In this document: in pieces, positions 50,401 to 60,200 of the stretch
Position numbering within the stretch: position 1 is the first letter of the stretch
Layout of the letters: each line of letters begins with the position of its first letter
Assembly: GCA_024672315.1 (NCBI GenBank)
Contig: GCA_024672315.1_4714.1
Reading direction: 5' to 3' (one strand)
From: a phage
DNA: 64,000 nt
Made by a program: the position numbers and the translations under genes
Notes under the pieces: model-generated
Told to the model about the DNA's origin: nothing
Database searches by the model: none
The model's input: only the letters and a program-made list of their open reading frames with translations

Positions 50401-51805
50401 CGGCAAGTGTTAATCCAGAACCGTCGGGTGCTTCGATTTCATGGATGGCGTCAGCATTACGCATCGCTGCTTTATATTGGACACCGCTTAACTGACCTGC
50501 ATCGGCCAGATCGCTCGCGCGCACCAACACCGCATCCGATAACGACTGAATATACTCACCGTGTGTTTTTGGTAACGTTGTCGCGTCAAAGACATCAACC
50601 TTTTCTTCTTCGGTATCGTCGGTAACGACTTCGAAGAGATCGTCGGTAATGTCCTGATCTTCATCAGGTTGGAAATCCGGTTGTACTTCTACCCCAGGTA
50701 CTTCACGGACATCTTCGAACGAGCGTTCTACAATGGCGTTCCACGCATCAGCGTCATCGTCTTCATCCGACCCGCCGACCAACTCAGCTTCTAACTCATC
50801 GGGATCAAGAACGGTAGCCAGATCCTCACCGTTAGGAAGCACGACGTCGCGATCATCGTACTCCGCATCCGGGCTGTCCGCAAGAATATCTCGCTCCTGA
50901 CGAAGAACCTGTTCCTCTTCTTGTTTCTGTTCTTCTTCATTCGCGCTCTGCGACCACAGACGTGTTACCGCCATCATCCAACGACGTTGGAAGGTTTCAA
51001 GTGTCGTTTTATCGAGTTCTTCCCCTTCCTTTACAAGTCCGGTACGCCATTCTTCCAGCAGGCCGAGATTCAGCGTAAAGAAGTACACGCCGTCTGTGAA
51101 TACAACGTTAAGCTTGTCCAGCGTGGCTCTGTCTAACGAAGCCATCGTGCTGTTCTCACGATCGGTTCCCAGCCAGCGGAAGAAGTCAAAGAACGACAGC
51201 TCCTCCGGTGTGGCGAAATTCATGAGGTTGTTACGGGTCGGTGCCTGTTGCGTGGTACGCATCAACGAAATCTTCGGCAATGTTGACGGTATACGGAACA
51301 ACAAAAAGTGTTGGCGATCGCTTTGCTGTGCGATTTCGTTGGCTTTCGACCAAATTGTTTTACGTACATTGAACCATTCATCATACCAACGGGTGAGCGT
51401 TGGACGATAAATGTACATGTGGTTAAGATGCGCGTAGTTAGCAACGATCTGAGCGTTGATGTTTTTCTCCACCGTGCTTAGATCGGTAACCAAACGAAAA
51501 CGACGATGTGATGCACGATAATCCAATTTCGCTCGTGGGAGTTGGAATCGTTGATCGCGTCGAGGTGCACCCTGTTTGGTTGCGAGATCATCAGCAAACG
51601 AAATCCATAGTTGAGCATTTTCTTTACTCAGCATGTATTCGTTTTCTGGAGGACCTATCAATGAAGGATCCGTTGCGATGTAATGATAGACAGCATAACG
51701 CGGCAGCTGCAATAGCTGCACTAAACGTAATCTTGGTGATAGTAACTCTTGGTAGCGTCTGACACCAAACTGTCGGTAGTAATCAAGGTATTTAAGTTTT
51801 GCCAT
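47459..51805 (-). CDS. multisubunit RNA polymerase beta-like subunit (vRNAP-type, N-terminal part of beta)
   Basis: 1448 aa; TGIGGRSK...VGIVSEGTKDSGDVGISAYLAPNANI resembles the beta fork-loop region; GDKGTFAAQAKSVVSS...TEDGHTLDAIFSGTSIANRIIG resembles the GDKxxxRHGxKG...DENGxPVDIVLNP region; the protein ends about 60 aa after this, with no GEME-type C-terminal region, consistent with a split beta. GGAG RBS. Large acidic insertion in the N-terminal half. Confidence 0.75.
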   Translation of the reverse strand: MAKLKYLDYYRQFGVRRYQELLSPRLRLVQLLQLPRYAVYHYIATDPSLIGPPENEYMLSKENAQLWISFADDLATKQGAPRRDQRFQLPRAKLDYRASHRRFRLVTDLSTVEKNINAQIVANYAHLNHMYIYRPTLTRWYDEWFNVRKTIWSKANEIAQQSDRQHFLLFRIPSTLPKISLMRTTQQAPTRNNLMNFATPEELSFFDFFRWLGTDRENSTMASLDRATLDKLNVVFTDGVYFFTLNLGLLEEWRTGLVKEGEELDKTTLETFQRRWMMAVTRLWSQSANEEEQKQEEEQVLRQERDILADSPDAEYDDRDVVLPNGEDLATVLDPDELEAELVGGSDEDDDADAWNAIVERSFEDVREVPGVEVQPDFQPDEDQDITDDLFEVVTDDTEEEKVDVFDATTLPKTHGEYIQSLSDAVLVRASDLADAGQLSGVQYKAAMRNADAIHEIEAPDGSGLTLAEYVEVKPKAAKLAPAKVMPEADVIVDKSLCKSTLAVWDKHYVEHVMQKDIAAAVVAVQQAGYPVTGYKVEDVVDVMGDYQVITIKLAPVGGVPTTFPVMLPKVRKDGIYVVNGIKYRMRKQRVDKPIRKVSSSEVALSTAYGKVFVKRSERVVNNAGRWLTRQLTAMYYDKSSPLTTLKRGNVFDPAVKVPYYFAVLARNYTQIQFADWDIRLDTKTLPEFIGEDRFNEQLAEGLLTFARNTLGEFLAIDKRNQLYICQSGQTPTPVGTFPDFFGINAAKMPIEAADLEFMGVRIPVGVVLSYLGGLTPLLEHLKANYRTVPRGSRMGLAPDEFAVSFDDESLIFSKDDRMTTLLLGGFNEYRNYIGYARGAFDNRDIYFNVVDGAGLKVRHLRELELMERLFVDPVSRTLLQNMGEPTDFAMLLLRAVELLLDDWAPNTNDVNYQRFKTYDKFAELVYKDLVGAIRQNENSSQGNRQKISISPVSVWNQILDDSASIVIDETNPMLDIKQGEEATMTGIGGRSKTSLRRARDREYDKSDVGIVSEGTKDSGDVGISAYLAPNANIVSVYGETRPFDEKTDGISSVMSTSALAVPAVDRDDGKRLVFVGIQHNRMIAAEGYDVQPWRTGGETVIAHRVGKLFAAAAQGDGVVKKVTKTALTIQYDDPELGEEVFQLGTIIGKGPGKYYPHDLITDYKVGDRVKDQDVVVFHRLYFKRDWWNPGQVVWRAGVLSLVGILDIPETHEDSSYIFDNLADRLVTPSIKSRTLIVDAHLNIRGLVKIGDHVEPRTILATLEEPIATDLSDESQEAVEALRRMSQYNPRADVHGEVVQIDVLYRAQIEDMSETMAALVGEADKARAKRVKELKLSEATTGRINNSNVRIDGNPLGENQIAIRIFMRYDLGAGMGDKGTFAAQAKSVVSSVGHGVNKTEDGHTLDAIFSGTSIANRIIGSPEVVGTVNLGLLYATERAVDIYFNDAK

Positions 51806-51808
51806 GGG

Positions 51809-51988
51809 TTAGGCTCCACGAGGTCCCGTTAAGTTGCGTAATAGGAACGCAACCGTATCGTAACCAATATCGATGTTGAATTTATTTTTACCACTTACCC
51901 AGAAAGCACGCTTCTTGTGCGAGTTGGTAATTTCGTCAATGGCTTCCATGGAATAAAGAACGTTAACCGAGACCGTATCGCCGTCGAA
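51809..51988 (-). CDS. RNA polymerase beta'-like subunit (vRNAP-type), 3' exon encoding the catalytic loop
   Basis: Minus-strand in-frame translation from 51988: FDGDTVSVNVLYSMEAIDEITNSHKK...GPRGA-stop, matching beta' [20 protein letters not shown]; stop lies 3 nt before the beta-like gene's ATG. Not in the ORF track (no start codon). Confidence 0.65.
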   Translation of the reverse strand, partial: FDGDTVSVNVLYSMEAIDEITNSHKKRAFWVSGKNKFNIDIGYDTVAFLLRNLTGPRGA

Positions 51989-52507
51989 CCTTGTCTTCGC
52001 CTCAGGTCGCTACGCTGAGACCGCCTGCGTGGATACGTACATCACAGGCTGCTTGCACTTTCATGCAAGAGGAGACTATATCAAACCGTCAGCTTCACCT
52101 GCTACGGTAACCTACACTTCGAAGACGCTTGTCCTCTACAGGGTGGTAAATCCCTTAGTCGTTGAACCTGCGTTGTTTCACATTCTTGTTTGCAAGAATG
52201 CCGTATTGCTACGCAACAACCAGGCTGCTGATTGCCCATTATCACGCACCTTAGCACCGCTTACGCGGCTTTTCTTTCAGCCTAAGCCTCCGTGGGAGGT
52301 AGTGCATCTCAACTGTTGTTTCCGCCTTTCGGCACCTCATGGGTTGTTGAGCTTTAGGGGTTCCCAGCAATTCGTAGGTTTTTCAAGCACTCCCTTTCGG
52401 GAATACCGGACCAATTCAGTTAGTAAACAACATTATTACCATCCCTCATTCTTAAGGGTTAATTTTTTAAAATGATAAAATTAATGTGTTTTTGGGCTAA
52501 CTCGAAG
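51989..52507 (-). ncRNA. group I self-splicing intron in the vRNAP-type beta' gene
   Basis: Minus-strand P CGAATTGCTGGGAA (plus 52361-52374), Q AATCAGCAGC (52225-52234), R GGTTCAACGACTAA (52155-52168), S GATATAGTC (within 52072-52084), P9-like hairpin CTTGCA-tgaaag-TGCAAG (52052-52069). Exon nucleotide before the intron is U (52508); intron ends in G (51989). Splicing gives ...YLAGLGGD|FDGDTV.... Confidence 0.7.
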
Positions 52508-53974
52508 ATCACCGCCTAAACCGGCGAGGTATGGCGCAGGAACAATAGTCGTTTCTACGAACGAAGCATTAGGTAACCAGTCGGGGTATTCCCATGCGAT
52601 AAATCGTTCATCCGTTATTGGTTCCCAGTTACTATCCAGTTCGGTTTTCGGTTTTGCAGCGACGGTTGTACGCGCGTAACAGGTTAACGGGATAACGGAT
52701 TGCATACCCGATACCGGATAACGTGTTACCATCGCAGCCAGGTTATTCCAGTACTTATATCCGGCGATATAGATAAGCTCGGTGTAAGTAATGGGGTGAA
52801 CATCCGCACCAGGTTTATTCAACATCTCTGGGGGTAATTCACTCATACCACGGAATAACCGAAACGAATCGTTGTTCACATAGACGAGGCAAAGATAACG
52901 TCCATTAACCATGATAGGCTCGTTACGCACACCAGGATCGCTTAAGGTGTTCAATAAACGTTCTATTCCGTCCCATGTTGTAAAGTCATCGATGGTATCT
53001 GGGTCTAACGTGACACGTTCACGTTCCATCGTTTCGATATCGATAAGTTCAACTTCTGTAACATCACGGACAAATATTTCCTGCAAAATCCCCGTACGTA
53101 GCGCATGTTGCGTTACAGGGAGAGCAGCTTTACTCATCTGGTATAACCCTAACTGAACCGCGGTACAGGAAGGCTGGTTAGGCGACCCTAATACCTCCGT
53201 TGTGGGGTTAATTGCCGAAATAACGTTACGGGTTGAGTTCCAAACGCGACGTGAGCCGAACTTACCTTGGAAGATCCCTTTCTTACCCTGGAACATATCC
53301 AACAGTAAAGCGTAGATATCGTTAAATGTTCTCTGTAAGCTCCAACGTTGACCGTCGTAAACGGGATCAGAATAATCTTTTAATCCATCAGGGACGGTGT
53401 TAGAAATTGCAAGGAAACGACGATACAACTCCGTGATTTCTTGCTCGCTTTCATACCCACCTTCTTTTACTTCTATTTCACGTAAGCCTGCAGGCAATAC
53501 CAGTAAGTGACGGGTCATCGCTTTGAACATGTTCTCTTCGACAACTTTAATTCGTAGCTCTCGTTGAGCTGAACCCGTTGAAACGAACTTGATATCAGCG
53601 ACGTGTTGTGCAAAGAACCCGTATCCTGTTTGTCCTGTTAATGCATCAGACGCAACGAAGTCGCGTTGTTCAGGATCCCAACGAGCATACGCCTTTCCCG
53701 ACATGATATCACCATAGAGGTGTTTTAGTCGAATGAGGCGGTCGTAAATGACGGGATGCAGGATTTCAACTTTGCATTCAATCACCGCAAATCGACGGTC
53801 TCGATCTTCACTACCTGCGCTACCAAAGATGGTGTAAGAATAGAAACCATCATCGTGGAAATTACCGGTGCTTGGGTCACGAATGCTCATGCTCGTGATC
53901 TTGGGGAGAAAACGTAACTGCTGTTTATCGAGGTGTAAAATGCTAATGTTAAACGGCTCTCTGACTTTAGCCAT
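52508..53974 (-). CDS. RNA polymerase beta'-like subunit (vRNAP-type, N-terminal part), 5' exon
   Basis: DGFYSYTIFG...RRFAVIECKVEILHPVIY resembles beta' DGLFCARIFG...RRERMGHIELASPTAHIWF but lacks the Zn-finger cysteines; GKKGIFQGKFGSRRVWNSTRNVIS resembles [23 protein letters not shown]. Start set at ATG 53974 with AGAGGAG (ORF-track 54016). ORF-track end 52481 includes 27 nt of intron read-through. Confidence 0.7.
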
Positions 53975-54219
53975 GGAGACACTCCTCTTTACCACCACCG
54001 GCTGCGGCGGTATCATCTGAACACACGAGAGACGTAATGGGTGATGGCGTCACCCATCGCTTCCTTGCCTGATGCCAGGAAGTTATTAGGTTACGTACCG
54101 GCTTGATAAAATCAAGCAGGCGATGTGTGAAGTTACGCTTCAACATTATCAATGCCGAAGGTAAGCTTCGTGCATCACGTTCCAACGTAACATGGGAACG
54201 TATCGAACTGGAGGTATAC

Positions 54220-57200
54220 ATGGTAGATAAAACCCGTGTTGAGGGTGATGATAATTGGGATAACTGGGATGAAGACTTCTCCCTGGATCTCGATTTCAAC
54301 GAACCCAAAGACGATCGTAAACCGATAACACGCTTTGCGATAGGAGCGGTTAAAGGTGCCGCTGAGGATCTTACTTCCTACGAAAGAATGAAGGAGATCG
54401 CCAGAAACGCATTGCCTAAGGGCTACAGCGACGGTATGGATCTTATCGATTCCGCCGTCGGATCCACGAAGGAACTATACAATGAAGCCGTTCGTGACGT
54501 TCTTCCTAAGGTCCAAAGCTCAAAACGGTTAGCTGCACAACTGACCAAGAAATACCGCGCGAGCATGCCCGATTTCTCGAAGAAAATTCTCGAGCAATGG
54601 GAGCGAGAAGCCAAGGAAGAAGACGAACGTAAACATGCTGAAGAAACCCTTCGTCAACGCATGGCGAGCGCGGGGGACGATGAGATTGCCCGCAAGGTTG
54701 CCGAGGCATTAGGCGAATCAGCAAACCAAAACGCGGATCAGTTCGCTGAACAGCAAGCGAAAGAGAGTATCCGTGACGATATCGCTGATAAACGGTACGC
54801 TGTAACCAACAAACAAATGAGTGCGATGCAAGAAGGCGTCGCCAAGATGGTTGGTTTCAACAACGAATTCGCTGCACGTTACATGCGTAAAAGCCTGGAA
54901 CTGAAATATCGTTCCTTAGCGATTCAACGTGCAAGTTTTGATCAGCATAAAAAGTTAGCCGAAGTCTATATCGGTTTATTACAAAACATCCAGAAGAATA
55001 CGGCTTTACCTGATGCGGCTAAAGCGAAAATGTCGGAAGAATTCCGTCGTAGCGCATACCAACGTTTCTTTGGTAATGCGTTAGATGCGATGGGTTCTTT
55101 CGAGAACCGTTTCTTTGCCGATGTTAAGAAGAACCTTGCCACCAACGCATTAGGTGCTTTAAAAGGCGTCGTGTCTGGCGCAAACGATGCGTTATACGGT
55201 TTAAACGAAGCGCGTGACTCGATGTCCATGATGGACGGGATGGGGTCAGAAGGCGATATTAAGGAAATGCAAGGAAAGATGTTGGGTCAGTTCATTGGCT
55301 CAACTGTCGCACCATGGATGGCTAATAAAGGCAGGATGGCGTTACGTGATTTAGCAAAACGCCACCCCAATGCTAAATTCGCAAGTGCGTTAAAAGCCGT
55401 GGATCAAGGTGGTGAGGCTGCCGCTTACACGACGCGTAATCTCGGTAAACTGCTCCAGGAAGATATTCGTAAAAACGAATTCAATCTTAGCGATCCGTTT
55501 TACAAGCAATTAATACGCGGCGCAGGGCGTTGGGCGTTCAACATGGACAGCGGACGTAACTTCCGTGTGATGAACGACACCGCTGAAACGCTGGCGGAGC
55601 AAACGTCTTTCGACGGTTTAACCTACCGCAGCATCAACGAGGTTATTCCAGGCTTTCTTGCACGCATTCTGAAAAGCAGTGAAGGTATCCGCACCGGAAA
55701 CAGCGATCCTGACTACGAGGTCTATGACGGCATCAGCGGGCAATTCGTGTCTCAGCGCACGCGTGAGCAAAGCGTCAACGACACACTGTTTAACAAACGT
55801 ACGTTTGGTTATTACGCCAGCCGTTTCAACGAGGTTATCTCGGTCATCGATCCCGATAAGAAATTATCGGAAAAAGCCAGGAAGGCACTGGCTAAGCAGC
55901 TGGCACGAGATAGCGACGCAAACATCGCATTCGACCCAGCTCGTTTTACGGATGAAAGCAACTTCGATCGTAGTATTGACCGCGACGCTATTAAGGAACT
56001 TTCCACGTACTTTCGTGATCGTTACGGTATTCGTGACGATATCAACGATAAGGGCGAACGTCATCAGGTCATTGGAAACCGCGGGCAATATTACACGGAA
56101 CGTAACCGAGCTGACCTTCGCTACGGTAATCTGAAATCTTTACAGCCGGATATTCAGCGTAACCTTAACCTACTGAAACGTACTGGTGACGTCCAATATC
56201 TGGAACGTATTGGTATCGTAACGAGAAATAGCGACGGAAGCTACTCGGTTAATCACGATCGGTATTTCTCTGAAATCGATCGATACATCGACCGACCGGA
56301 GTACGCTGAACGTAACGACGTTAATACGCGATTAACCGCTCAGGAAACAAGAGCGCTGGCGTTGGGTTATCGTGACGCAAAACCATCAGCTGATGACGTC
56401 CAAAATGCGGGTCTGCCACACATCGGTCGTAAGGCTGTTGGAACAGTAACCGTTGATGAAAACATCGGCTACGATAAATGGTGGAACGACACAGGTGTTA
56501 TCACCACATCGCTTGAAGAACAGAATCGAGCGTGGCAAGAACTCTATCTCGAAGCGTTATCTGAAGCATCCGAACAACGTACTGAAATGCTTGCGTTACT
56601 GAAAGCCATTTCTGAGAAAGACCGGTCTAATAACGTTTCGTTGGACGGCGAAGATGTACCTGAAGGTACGGCACCCATTTCATTTATCGATCGTGCCAAA
56701 CAAAAACTCGGTGCACGCAACCCCTTTAAAGGCGGCCGTAATCTCCTCTGGAAAGGAATTAAAAATACCGCACGTTGGGGTGTTAAAGGCGCGCGCTGGG
56801 GTGCAGAACGCACGTTGGGTAGTTTGGTAAATTCTGGCCGTCGCATTATCAATTTCAACCGTTTTGTGTTCGGTGCATTATCCAAAGTCGATCAGGTTCC
56901 GTTTGACATTTACGTTAAAGGGGAATCCCAACCACGCATACTGGCTGCTAAACTTCGTCAGGGGTTATACTTCGACGAAGCGACAGGAAAAGCCGTAAAA
57001 CGGATGAAGGATATCAAAGGCCCACTCGTTGATGCTGATGGAAACATCGTAATCAGCAACGAGGATATCGAGAAAGGGTTGGTCACTCGCGCGGGTCGTG
57101 CCTTTGAGAATTCAGGACTTAAGGCGTGGGCACGTGAAGGTCTTAATGGAATCACGACGGTATTAAGTCTACCACGGATGTTAAAACGCGGTGCGGTCGA

Positions 57201-60200
57201 GATCTACAAACAGCTTGACAAGACGCCCGACGTTTACGTCAAGGGAGAATCAACGCCTCGTCTGTTGTCCATGGTGTTAGCAGCGGGTGGGTATTTCCGT
57301 CGGTCGGATGGACAAGTCATCAAAAATCTTGAAGACATCGATGGTGATGTTGTTGATGCACAAGGTAACGTCGTACTTACGCTTGCCGACATGCAGAAAG
57401 GACTTGTCGATAAATACGGTAAAGCGATTCGTCGCTTAAAAGAAAAGCTCATCAACTTCGGTGTAAAAGCTTTTACGTTACCGTTAACGCTGCTACGTAA
57501 GACAAAGGACATCCTTAAAGCCCTTCCAGGTAAAGCCGTTAACGGTCTACGACGGATGGGATTAAACTTCCAATCACCTGACGCATTACTGGTGGGAACA
57601 ACGTCGAGTATGGTAGATCGTCTCGATGCGATTTACCAGCTTCTTGACCAGCGTATGCCGGGTGGTGATAAGGATTACCGCGATTGGAATGGCGATGGTG
57701 TTCGAGAAGGATCGCTGGAAGACCTAAAACGTAAGCGTGAAGCCAAGGAAAACGGTAAGGACGACACCGGCAAAGATTCCAATAAAGGGGAAGAAAAGGA
57801 GAAGAAACGAGGATTACTCGGAAGCCTTTTCGATATGCTCGGCGATACCGCATTAGGCAAACGACTCATGGCGAGTCCGCTTGGAAAAATTCTAGGTGGT
57901 CTTGGGGCGGTGTTAAGCGGCGGTGCATCGTTAACCGGGTTGTTGGGCAAGGGTCTCATTAGTGGAACCGGCGCGCTGGTCAAGGGGGGACTAAGTGCGG
58001 CAGGATGGTTAGGACGTGGTGCGTTAATGGCGGGTGGGGCCGCGTTGAACGCCGTTGGTGGGTTATCGGGATTAGGTGCATTCCTTATCTCACCTGTTGG
58101 GCTTGCTATCGCTGGCGGTGCATTGGCTGCTTATGCTGGATGGAAGATCTATCAGCATTTCGCTGAGAAGCCTGACCCGATGCAGAAACTCCGTCTTATT
58201 GCATACGGTGCAAAAGGGGACGATAAAGACTTCAATAAGAAGCTGCTTGCGACAGAAACATACCTCACCGATCACGTGGTTATGACCGGGGATACCATCG
58301 GATTCGATCCGAAAGCGGATTCTGAAAAGATTCTCGAAATCTGGGAATTGTCCCTGGAAGATTCCGACCGAATGAACGAATGGAAACGCTGGTATCTGCA
58401 TCGTTTTATTCCTGTTTTCGCTCGTGCGTACAAACTCTGGAAAGAGCATATGCCGGACGAGAAGAAATACATGGAAATGGATAAATATCCGAACGGTGAG
58501 AACAAAGTGAAATGGTCGGAAGCGTTTATCTGGCCTTCCGATAGTCCTGACGGTCCGTATTACGTCGAAGCTAACCCGTTGGGTTCTTCTGGTGCGACGC
58601 GTTATATTGCTGGTCAAGACGTCAAAACCTTGATGCTGAAACAACTCGAAGCCATCAAGAAAGAGTACCAGAATCAGATTAAGCAATACACTCATGATGA
58701 GGCTATTGCTGATTGGTCACGGATGTCTGACACGCAACGTAAATCCGTTGCGCCTAACGCATTACGCGGTCAGAAAGCGTCGTTACGTTTTAACGATAAA
58801 CGTTACAACAGTGCTGGCGCTAAAGGACGACAGAAGCTTGACGCAACCGCGGTTATTGAAAGCGTAGACCGTCGTGGTAGAAAATGGGTTGCCGGTGGAT
58901 ACATCGATGAACTCACCAGTCTCCGTGTTCGTGCGTACGGTATCAAGGTTCCGTTGTTAAGTCAGATAAAAGTGCTGATGGAACTCGAAGACGCTGTAGA
59001 ACCTGGCGTAGTCGCTGAAGGTAAAGGTGTTAAATACGGTGGCGATCTTGTTGCGCTCTACAAGAAATTCGCGACGAAGTTCGGAAGAGACGTTAACAGC
59101 AAGCGGGATCAGGATATCTGGTTCGCTTGGATGAATAACCGTTTCCTGCCCGTCTTTTTAACCTATTACCAACAAGTTAGCGACATGGGCGGTCAAGGAC
59201 TTCTGTCCGACGTGGTACAGAACCTGAAAGACAGCCAACGCTGGGAAATCGGTGAAGCACTTGTCGCAACGCAATACCGTGATGAGAAAGGTACACTGCA
59301 GCCTGTATGGTCCTGGAATAGTTGTGGTTTCTCCGGTACTGAAGCTAACACCACCAGCAGTTCAACAAAGAGCCAGCTCGATCTGTTAAAAGAATATGCG
59401 GATAAAGAGAAGGTTCGTGAGAAGAACGCGGAAGCATCGCAAGAGGATGCCGATAAATTATCGAAGATCCAAGAGCTGATGATGAAGCAGGCTGGGTACG
59501 AGAAGAAAGACGGTGTCTGGCAGAAGAAATCACGCATTACCGGCGGGATGAGTAACGCCGAAGCGAATTACAACCCCAATGGGAATAGGGTAGGTGCAAG
59601 CAGCTTTACTGCTTCGGCTACTTCCAGTGCTGGGTTGGGGTCAACCGGCGATCTTACTGGATTGCCTAACATGGGCTTACAGAAACCTGCAATGGGACCA
59701 GGTCCTGAAGCTGGACGTCGTGCGCTTGTTAAATCCGCTGTAAAACGCGGCATTACCGATCCAATGGAAATGGCGATGTTCCTCGCGAACATCGAACATG
59801 AATCAGGGAACTACACTCACGTACGTGAGGGGAACTATAAGACACCAGAGCGTCTTAAACAGGTCTTCCCTTACAAATTCCGTGATGTACAGGATGCCGC
59901 ACAGACGATCAGCATGGGGCCGGAAGCGGTATTCGAACGTGTGTATGGTAATCGTAAAGATCTCGGGAACACACAGAAAGGGGACGGGGCGAAGTATTTA
60001 GGACGTGGCTTCATTCAGGTTACCGGTAAAGCTAACTACGCTCGTCTGTCCAAGACCTTGAATAAGGATCTTGTCAGCGATCCGACATACCTGGAAACGC
60101 CGGAAGGTGCGGCGGAAGGTAGTGTCGCATGGTGGCTCAACCGAGGTAACGTGTTACGCGATCCCGCAAAACGGGGTGATGTACGCCAAGTTCGTTATCT

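Noticed and set aside
48047-51444. Multiple 60-116-aa ORFs on either strand inside the RNA polymerase beta-like gene
   Set aside because: All are embedded in a long, motif-supported coding region and lack ribosome-binding sites.
52029-52475. 148-aa plus-strand ORF between the beta' and beta genes
   Set aside because: It lies antisense to the group I intron core, has no ribosome-binding site, and its sequence is explained by the intron elements.
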